64,000 nucleotides of DNA, taken from the NCBI GenBank assembly GCA_963744715.1, contig CAVUUR010000002.1, positions 65,665-129,664 on the forward strand, read 5' to 3'. The notes beneath the pieces were generated by a model. It made no database searches and was not told where the DNA came from. It was given only the letters and a program-made list of their open reading frames with translations. This document shows, one piece after another, positions 57,405 to 64,000 of this stretch (within the stretch, counting starts at the first letter, position 1; each line of letters begins with the position of its first letter). This DNA comes from an uncultured bacterium (GTDB lineage: Bacteria > Babelota > Babeliae > Babelales > JACPOV01). A program made the translations under genes and the position numbers.

Positions 57405-57432
57405 ATTATATCTGCAATGAGGTATTTGTCAA
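57405..57432 (-). promoter_or_regulatory. Sigma-70-like promoter for the Trx-TrxR fusion gene
   Basis: On the minus strand: TTGACA (57432-57427), 16-nt spacer, TATAAT (57410-57405). Confidence 0.5.
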
Positions 57433-57595
57433 CTGCCACTACCCTTTTGAGATGAAAATACAGGCCGGGCAAAAGGCTGTTAAGACAAATTATAGGGACA
57501 GAAATTGCTACAAATGTCTTAAAGCCTTAGGGGAAACCATGATATAATAGTCAAAAAATAGTACAAAATCTGTAATAAATCTAACAACGCCGTTC

Positions 57596-60500
57596 TTAGC
57601 CGCCCCAGCTTTCTTGACTGGCACCCGCCTCTTCTGTTCTTTTTTGAATACTTTGCTGCTGACCTACCGGAACAAGAGTGGTTGGCGTAGTGGTAAGGAC
57701 CGTGCTAGAATGATTCGACTTTTCTCCAGTATCTGCCGTTGTTGTTTTTTGCGTCGGGGCTGCAAGTGGCGTTGATGACGGCGCATTTTGTGCTTCTTGC
57801 GTTACTGATACATAGAAGGTTGTTGAGTTATCAATCGCTTGGGCTAATGTTGGCGGTAATTGCCCAAAACTTTGCTGATAAATTCTTAGCGAATCCGATG
57901 CTCGATGCCCTTTTTCTACCGGTTCTGTACTTTTTTTATCATATTCATTACCGGTGACCAAACTTCGTATACGAGATACCGTTGCATCATAAGGAGCGCC
58001 AATTAATTCATTATTACGTGCATCAGTTGTTACTACGACAAAATAATCATAGAGCGTATTGCCTTTGGCATCTTTTACCGGCTTATTTTGTTTATCATGT
58101 AATTCAGGAGCAAGAGAAATTGCTTTATAAATAAATTGTCCGTTTTTAATTTCATCAGAACTGGTTGGTTGAATTTCAATAGCACCAAATGCAAAAGGCC
58201 CCATAAGAGTACTCATATAATTTTTCTGTAGCATATCTAATTTCTTTTCAAGATCGTCAGTTAATGGGCCGTATTGCTTTATGTAAACATCAAGTACATT
58301 TTCGCAGGTAGTTAAATAAGATCCATTTTGATCAAATGCTCTACTCGTGATTAAACTAATCATTGCATTAGGCGAAGTAGTGGGTGAACTGCCAATATGT
58401 TGTATGGTATATTGGTTGGTAACACGATCGATTGAGCTTGTTCCTAAAACAACGTAATCATCCATTGGTTGTCCATTAGCACCATGCAACCCTGTTTTTT
58501 GCGTGGTGTAAATATACTGTCCCTTAAGAATTTGTACAATAGAAACTGCTTGCAGTGGTATAGTACCCAAAGAAGGGTTTGTTAATGCCGCTAAATTAGT
58601 TCGCGCCGCTATTTCCCTTTCCTGTTCATCGAGCAGACCCAATGACTTGCGCACCGCTGGAACCTCTTTTATTGCTAATGCAGGTGTTACTACATCATAT
58701 TCAATGGAAGCCCCCGCAGAAATAATTCCTATTGTTTTTCCAGAAGTTTCTGAAACAGCAATTTCTTGGCCTCCGGGTTTTTCATCACCTTCTTTCCAAA
58801 CTCGTACTATGAGCTTGGTTCCTTGCAGTTGCATATTCATTCTATACCAAGTACCAACATCAAATTGAGGACCTTTCAAAGGCGGATTAAGCCAACCCAA
58901 GCCTTCATGCTCATAAAAATTGAGCATGACAGGACTATCTTTTTCTTCTTTTTTGTACACAACCATTTTAGCCAAGTGCGCACTATTGATGTTCGCTTTG
59001 CCCGTTTTTTTAATGGCTTCAACATCAACAGGGATACCACCAAAATATAAACCTATATAAAATTCATTAAGAACGTATAGTGCTTGCCATCGTACTTCTA
59101 CCTCGCTAACTGCGTTATCAAGAACTATTGTCTCTTTTTGATTGAACCAGAATTTACGAGGGGCCTTACTACTAACCTGTTTATTATCTTCCTGGCCAAA
59201 TGCTAATGATGGATATACTGCAATTTCCTGGCTAAAAGCATTACGGCCTTTATTGTACAACGGAAACCCTTGTGATGGGTTAAGGTTAAGTACTCCGGTT
59301 TTAAAGCCATATAATGATCCAACATCTGCAGGAATTAATCCGGTTGAATCGGGAGTGATCTGTGGTAATAAATATTGTCCCAAATAATATGATAATTGTT
59401 CTTCGGTATTCAAAACATAGTCTGAAAGAAAATTTTGATAAAATCCTATGTTTCGTTTTTGATTAATAACTTGTGCATCATATTTTTTAGTTAATTCATC
59501 AGCCCAAGCATTTTTTGCATTCTCAGAAATTATTTTATTATTATTAACAAACACCTGATAGTCAGCAACGAACTTTTTCTCTTTTGCTAATTTTTCTGCC
59601 GCTCGCTCATCATTCTGGTATGACCCATATTCTTGAAAGATTTGTGGCCCAACGGTCATGGCTAATAATGGCAAGGCTGCACCATCAGTTGCTATTACTG
59701 CACCAATTAACAAACCGGTTGTTACGTGCGACTCAATAAGTCTGCGATGATTTGCTATCCATTGACTTGCATCCTGCACTGCGTTAGCACCAGCCTGCCA
59801 ACCAAAAATATCAAAAATACCAGCAAGCGCATTGAAAATTCCTTTGGAAACGTCAATTAAAATATCGGTTATCATACTAACTAAATAAGCGGCACATTTA
59901 ATAAGCGCTTTCAATGCATCAACAAAATTTTGAACTATAAAAGTTGCAACATTTAATAATGATGTTACGACATCATAGGCTAAGCTGTTCAGACTATTAA
60001 CAATATCTTGTCCAAACGCCTGCCAATCTCCCGTTTTAGCCCCAATAATTGAATCTGAAATTACCGTTGAAGCCAAATTAACGGCATCAGTACCCAATCT
60101 AATTAATCCACCGCCAGCAGAAACAGCAATATGACCCTGATTTGCATAAAAATTAATAACAACATCAGTAAGCGATTCTATCACCCCTTCTATATCACTA
60201 CCCAATTTTGGATCTCTGGAAATTTTTGCGAATATTTCACCAACAATACTCGCAGCTCCTTTAGTAAAATCCTTGGCTACTGCTGCGGTATCATCAATAA
60301 CGTTTTGAGCATCGGTAATTGATCTATTAATATCTGCTGCAACTTCATCTTGTAATTTTTTTGAAAGATCAATAAGTTCTTGCCCCTTATGAGGATCTAT
60401 GGCACCTATAATTCCTGCGGCACCGGCTGCTCCTATTGCTTCAGCCTCATCAAGGGCTGTTTTGCCCACATCCTGAATGCCTTGTAATATATCCTGCCCT

Positions 60501-61837
60501 GTTTTTTTAATATCGTTCCAGCTACCGCTCAACCAAGAACCAAAATCTTGTACAACGACCTTTGCATTTCCTTTTCCAGCAGAAGTTGTTGTATCGCTTG
60601 AGGTAGCAGCTTGCGCAGCTGCCTCTTTAAAATTTTTCAAAAGGGCTGCAAGATCTTCAAGATAAATAGCATCTTCACTTTGGTATAATAATAGATGCGG
60701 TGCTGGTTGGGTATTATTTTTACCAAGTACACTCATAGTTTGTTTAATATGTGCATCATCAAACAAATAATACGTTTGTGCCTGCAAATTTTTAAGCATA
60801 GCTATACACAACATTTTTTCTTGCAGAAGCGGTTTTTTTAATAATGCTACATCTATTGGTAATTTTTTGTTTAAGGCTTGCTGTGCCAATGTTCCTAAGC
60901 TCGTTGTTTGTGCTAATGAAATTAATTGATATAAACCGGTAGCTTCAACCTCCATTGCTGCCGAATAGGTTTTAACAAGGTCTATTTGACCGCTTTTTTT
61001 ATCAACAAATGGTTCCCATGCTATGCTTTGTCGTATAAAACGAGCACGCACTTGTTCCGTTACTATTAAATGCAATCGCGCGAATTCTCCTGAATTACGA
61101 ATTTGTATAAAATCAGGATGATAATAAGCAACTTCGATGTTGGGAATAAACCTAAATATTGTTTTTTCGATATCTACAATTGATTTGAGCAACGCATTAT
61201 CTTGTCTAAAAGTATCCAAAACCGAATACTGAATATATTCTTGCCAAAAAGGACTTGCAATAATCATTTCCGGAGTAATGTCTATAGTTTGCCAAAATGA
61301 AGTTTTTATAAGATCACTCCACGATGCAGCAACAATTGATCCTTTAACATCATCCCAATCGGGAGCAGCTTTACTAATTGCTACGATTAACTGTTGCAAT
61401 CCACCAGCAACAGAACTTGCTTTATCAATGAGCCCCTTCCAAGATTTAGCTTCAAGTACCGAAGTAACATCAATATTTTTTTGTCGCGCATAACCAGCAA
61501 TATGCGCAGCTACTTGTAATTTAGTAATATATTCAAGGTAAAAATAAAAATTTTTAATGTATCGCACCAATTCAGGATCAACTTGCAACCCCTCTTTTCC
61601 GTATAAAGCATCTACCGCTTTTTCATTAATAGAAGTTGTTGGATACGGATTTGATTTTGGAGTTCCGGTACTAACAAAGACAGGATTAAATAATGCCTGC
61701 GCGGTATGCTTAACATCATCAAATCTCTGTTGCACATCTGCTGGCTGCAAAGAATTATTTTTACTTTGTGATTCTTCAGCAATAATTGTTATTGGTATAT
61801 ATAAAAATATTATCAGGGAAATAAATAATCGCTTCAT
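57596..61837 (-). CDS. Giant (1413-aa) secreted protein of unknown family: Gly/Ala-rich hydrophobic helical core, jelly-roll-like module, duplicated C-terminal module, Thr/Pro-rich tail
   Basis: Uninterrupted 4.2-kb ORF with signal peptide MKRLFISLIIFLYIPITIIA. Shares modules with the upstream 622-aa protein. Confidence 0.8.
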   Translation of the reverse strand: MKRLFISLIIFLYIPITIIAEESQSKNNSLQPADVQQRFDDVKHTAQALFNPVFVSTGTPKSNPYPTTSINEKAVDALYGKEGLQVDPELVRYIKNFYFYLEYITKLQVAAHIAGYARQKNIDVTSVLEAKSWKGLIDKASSVAGGLQQLIVAISKAAPDWDDVKGSIVAASWSDLIKTSFWQTIDITPEMIIASPFWQEYIQYSVLDTFRQDNALLKSIVDIEKTIFRFIPNIEVAYYHPDFIQIRNSGEFARLHLIVTEQVRARFIRQSIAWEPFVDKKSGQIDLVKTYSAAMEVEATGLYQLISLAQTTSLGTLAQQALNKKLPIDVALLKKPLLQEKMLCIAMLKNLQAQTYYLFDDAHIKQTMSVLGKNNTQPAPHLLLYQSEDAIYLEDLAALLKNFKEAAAQAATSSDTTTSAGKGNAKVVVQDFGSWLSGSWNDIKKTGQDILQGIQDVGKTALDEAEAIGAAGAAGIIGAIDPHKGQELIDLSKKLQDEVAADINRSITDAQNVIDDTAAVAKDFTKGAASIVGEIFAKISRDPKLGSDIEGVIESLTDVVINFYANQGHIAVSAGGGLIRLGTDAVNLASTVISDSIIGAKTGDWQAFGQDIVNSLNSLAYDVVTSLLNVATFIVQNFVDALKALIKCAAYLVSMITDILIDVSKGIFNALAGIFDIFGWQAGANAVQDASQWIANHRRLIESHVTTGLLIGAVIATDGAALPLLAMTVGPQIFQEYGSYQNDERAAEKLAKEKKFVADYQVFVNNNKIISENAKNAWADELTKKYDAQVINQKRNIGFYQNFLSDYVLNTEEQLSYYLGQYLLPQITPDSTGLIPADVGSLYGFKTGVLNLNPSQGFPLYNKGRNAFSQEIAVYPSLAFGQEDNKQVSSKAPRKFWFNQKETIVLDNAVSEVEVRWQALYVLNEFYIGLYFGGIPVDVEAIKKTGKANINSAHLAKMVVYKKEEKDSPVMLNFYEHEGLGWLNPPLKGPQFDVGTWYRMNMQLQGTKLIVRVWKEGDEKPGGQEIAVSETSGKTIGIISAGASIEYDVVTPALAIKEVPAVRKSLGLLDEQEREIAARTNLAALTNPSLGTIPLQAVSIVQILKGQYIYTTQKTGLHGANGQPMDDYVVLGTSSIDRVTNQYTIQHIGSSPTTSPNAMISLITSRAFDQNGSYLTTCENVLDVYIKQYGPLTDDLEKKLDMLQKNYMSTLMGPFAFGAIEIQPTSSDEIKNGQFIYKAISLAPELHDKQNKPVKDAKGNTLYDYFVVVTTDARNNELIGAPYDATVSRIRSLVTGNEYDKKSTEPVEKGHRASDSLRIYQQSFGQLPPTLAQAIDNSTTFYVSVTQEAQNAPSSTPLAAPTQKTTTADTGEKSNHSSTVLTTTPTTLVPVGQQQSIQKRTEEAGASQESWGG

Positions 61838-61854
61838 TACAATCCATTCAGTTG

Positions 61855-63723
61855 TTAACTGGTAGTTTTTTGCATCGATATTAAATGCTGAGTAAATGAA
61901 TTTATTTGCTTTTGTGTATATTGTAATTGCGTCGGTTGCTTAATAGTAAAAGATGCCTGACACCCAGATGCCATAAAACCTATTCCTGCTGATATAAAAA
62001 CATACGGATCAAGATTTTCCATGGTCTTGTTAAAGAGAGCAACAGTTGTTTGAGTACCATCCTTATTTTCTTCTTTTTTTGAAAGTGAGCACTCTACCGT
62101 ATTAGCACCAGTGGTTATCTTTATAATATAGGTAACTGGATTTTTCTTCAGCGTGATAGCTTCTTGGGCGGGTAACGTAAACAAACGGGTATCTTTGTCA
62201 TTCATAATCTGCTCCAGAGGAGAAACAATTTCTTCGGTATGCTCCTTGGTAGAACTTGATAATTTTTGTTGAGCAAAGGCAAAATCTATCGTGTGAGAAG
62301 ATCCCCCTTGTGTTTTTTCTTCTATTCCATAAAGACCACATAAGCGATATTGCCAAATCCGTTCCGGATCTCCCGATATCCAATGGGCACGATTACATAA
62401 TACGCCCATAAAAAATGGATACGTAACATTTATGAGCGTGCACTCTACTTCGATTGTATATCGTAATTGACCTGTAGCGTATTCAGTAAAAATACTATTA
62501 GCTGCCGGATCATCAGTAAATAACGAAGCATTCGGATCTTGTTTTTTCTGCCATAGGGGCGGTAATGGAAATGGTGCTAATCCGTATTGATAAAAACTAT
62601 TATGCAAAGCATCAAATTCCCAATCCCCAGAAGCTACCTGATATATATTATACCAGGGATAACCATCAGATGGCGTCAGCATTGCAGCATGAGCAAAATA
62701 TTGATCATAAATAATCGGCGCCGCTAAGGCTCGTGTAATTGGTTGCGCTAGGTTTATTGATTTATTCATATAAACAATTTCTTGCTGCAATAGCGCATTA
62801 TTTTGATTATAAGCATCACTCAGGATTTTTTGGGAACCTGTAAAAGCATTCTCAATACTTGTTATAATATCTTCTTGATCTTTTTTTAACTTCTGTTGAA
62901 ACGTTTCCCAGCTTGAAGTAATTTCGTTTTGTTTTTTTGTTGCTTGTTCATATACAATACGATCGGCATCATCTTCCCATTGTATTGCTAAAGAGCCTCC
63001 CGCTAAAATCAGGGCTTGTAATCCCATGCTAAGAATTAACCCTATTGATTGCACTTCAGTTTGTGCAATTTTTTTTGCTCGTTTTTTTGTTTTTTCAATA
63101 ACTTCAGGATTATCCCAAAAATCAATTAATACAGGAAATTTTTTATCTTTTTTTAGCTCAAAAAAGAGTAATAGTTTTTTGTAATGTAGCAAAATATGCT
63201 CTCGTTCCCATGCGATATAATCAAGAACTTGTTGTGCATGTGTATTCAATGAATGTTTTTGAGGAGCCTTAAATAATGATGATATGGTAGTTGCAACACT
63301 ACTATACCATTCTTTAATAGTTTTAGCAGAACGTTCCAGCACTGATTCATTGGTCGGTAAATATTGAAGATATGACGAAAGATGTTCAATTTGCTGCGCA
63401 AAAAGAAATTTTTTATAAAATAACGTTTCCGGAACCCGTTCCTGACGATGATCAATCTCCTTTATGGTATTTTGAACCTGTTCAAGTTGCTCTTTAAGAT
63501 TCTGCATAACCTCAAAAGCAATCTGATGCAATTCGTCGTTTGATGCATTTACAAGCATAAAAAACAATTGTTGTATATTCGTTACTTGGTCGGGAGGATT
63601 ATTAAGACCTTGTTTACCGTAAATATGTTCTACCATAGTATTAATGTGCGCAGCAGAATTTTGATCTTGTTCTACTGCTAGAAGATTAAGAACAAAAAAA
63701 AATAAAAAAAATACATAGAACAT
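61855..63723 (-). CDS. 622-aa secreted protein, shorter paralogue of the 1413-aa protein
   Basis: Signal peptide MFYVFFLFFFVLNLLA. HIYGKQGL N-terminal module, hydrophobic segment then acidic stretch, beta-rich C-terminal half. Confidence 0.75.
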   Translation of the reverse strand: MFYVFFLFFFVLNLLAVEQDQNSAAHINTMVEHIYGKQGLNNPPDQVTNIQQLFFMLVNASNDELHQIAFEVMQNLKEQLEQVQNTIKEIDHRQERVPETLFYKKFLFAQQIEHLSSYLQYLPTNESVLERSAKTIKEWYSSVATTISSLFKAPQKHSLNTHAQQVLDYIAWEREHILLHYKKLLLFFELKKDKKFPVLIDFWDNPEVIEKTKKRAKKIAQTEVQSIGLILSMGLQALILAGGSLAIQWEDDADRIVYEQATKKQNEITSSWETFQQKLKKDQEDIITSIENAFTGSQKILSDAYNQNNALLQQEIVYMNKSINLAQPITRALAAPIIYDQYFAHAAMLTPSDGYPWYNIYQVASGDWEFDALHNSFYQYGLAPFPLPPLWQKKQDPNASLFTDDPAANSIFTEYATGQLRYTIEVECTLINVTYPFFMGVLCNRAHWISGDPERIWQYRLCGLYGIEEKTQGGSSHTIDFAFAQQKLSSSTKEHTEEIVSPLEQIMNDKDTRLFTLPAQEAITLKKNPVTYIIKITTGANTVECSLSKKEENKDGTQTTVALFNKTMENLDPYVFISAGIGFMASGCQASFTIKQPTQLQYTQKQINSFTQHLISMQKTTS

Positions 63724-63725
63724 AA

Positions 63726-64000
63726 TTACGCTCCTACATCCGGTGGCAATGATGTATCAGGTGGCGTTGTTTGTTTAATTTGCTTGCGCAATGCAGTAAT
63801 ATAATCTTCACATTCTTCGCATATTTTTTTTGTAGTGCTACTTTCTTCCATTAATTTAGCTTTAATAGCTGCATTGGCAATAATGCAGCGGATACAAGGA
63901 TCTAAAATTTCATAATCATCGAAAACAGGATCGAGTAAAACAAAAAAATCTCCTAAACACGCGCGCACCATTAACAATATTCCCTGTGGGGAATTAAGCC
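63726..64000 (-). CDS. Small 4-Cys (CxxC...CxxC) protein, first gene of the operon; N-terminus may lie beyond the window
   Basis: CIRC and CEEC are separated by 21 residues. The frame is open to the window edge (the ORF track starts at TTG 63977; ATG at 63971). Its stop lies 2 nt before the start of the 622-aa gene. Confidence 0.5.
   Translation of the reverse strand, partial: LNSPQGILLMVRACLGDFFVLLDPVFDDYEILDPCIRCIIANAAIKAKLMEESSTTKKICEECEDYITALRKQIKQTTPPDTSLPPDVGA

Noticed and set aside
16796-61837. Shared C-terminal acidic/Ser-Trp tails (..KSDWQKRLVMW, ..EESSDWD, ..SQESWGG) as a common secretion signal
   Set aside because: There are only three examples, the motif is short and loosely defined, and other secreted proteins in the window lack it. 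It cannot be told apart from chance by eye.

Overview
AT-rich (by eye about one-third G+C, not computed), gene-dense bacterial chromosomal segment with short intergenic regions and several 4-nt ATGA start/stop overlaps. I recognised no rRNA, CRISPR array, transposase, integrase or phage structural genes.

Housekeeping content:
- pheT-lspA-pgpA-comF operon and SurA-like chaperones
- an ABC-2 exporter, trhO, murB, and yhhQ-tgt followed by a SpoU-type methyltransferase
- OPT-like, EamA and LysE transporters, and a HIT protein
- 4 tRNA genes (Leu-CAA, Ser-GCU, Arg-ACG, Ser-UGA)
- an orphan pilC/gspF, a DEAD-box helicase, rpsA, two ndk copies, a polar amino-acid ABC operon and a yerC/trpR-like gene
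- tpiA-secG-mlaE-mlaF, clpB and a short uvrC

Between these lie many signal-peptide or TM-anchored proteins of no recognisable function. Many are tandem paralogues: an M50-like pair, a ~690-aa coiled-coil pair, a GH1 pair, a ~355-aa pair and a 622/1413-aa pair. There are also eukaryote-like modules (F-box plus ankyrin-like; POZ/Skp1-like plus LRR). This mix fits a reduced-genome, host-cell-associated bacterium, possibly Dependentiae/TM6-like. That taxonomic guess is inference only.

The best candidate for an undescribed system is the tightly coupled minus-strand operon at 57.6-64.0 kb. It encodes a small 4-Cys protein plus 622-aa and 1413-aa secreted paralogues with a Gly/Ala-rich hydrophobic helical core and jelly-roll-like modules. 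Directly downstream is a membrane-anchored Trx-TrxR fusion whose NADPH motifs look degenerate.

Caveat: three discrete patches (about 28.9-29.1, 37.3-39.6 and 41.9-43.0 kb) carry many single-base frame changes in otherwise well conserved genes, including rpsA. This is most likely a local sequence-quality problem.
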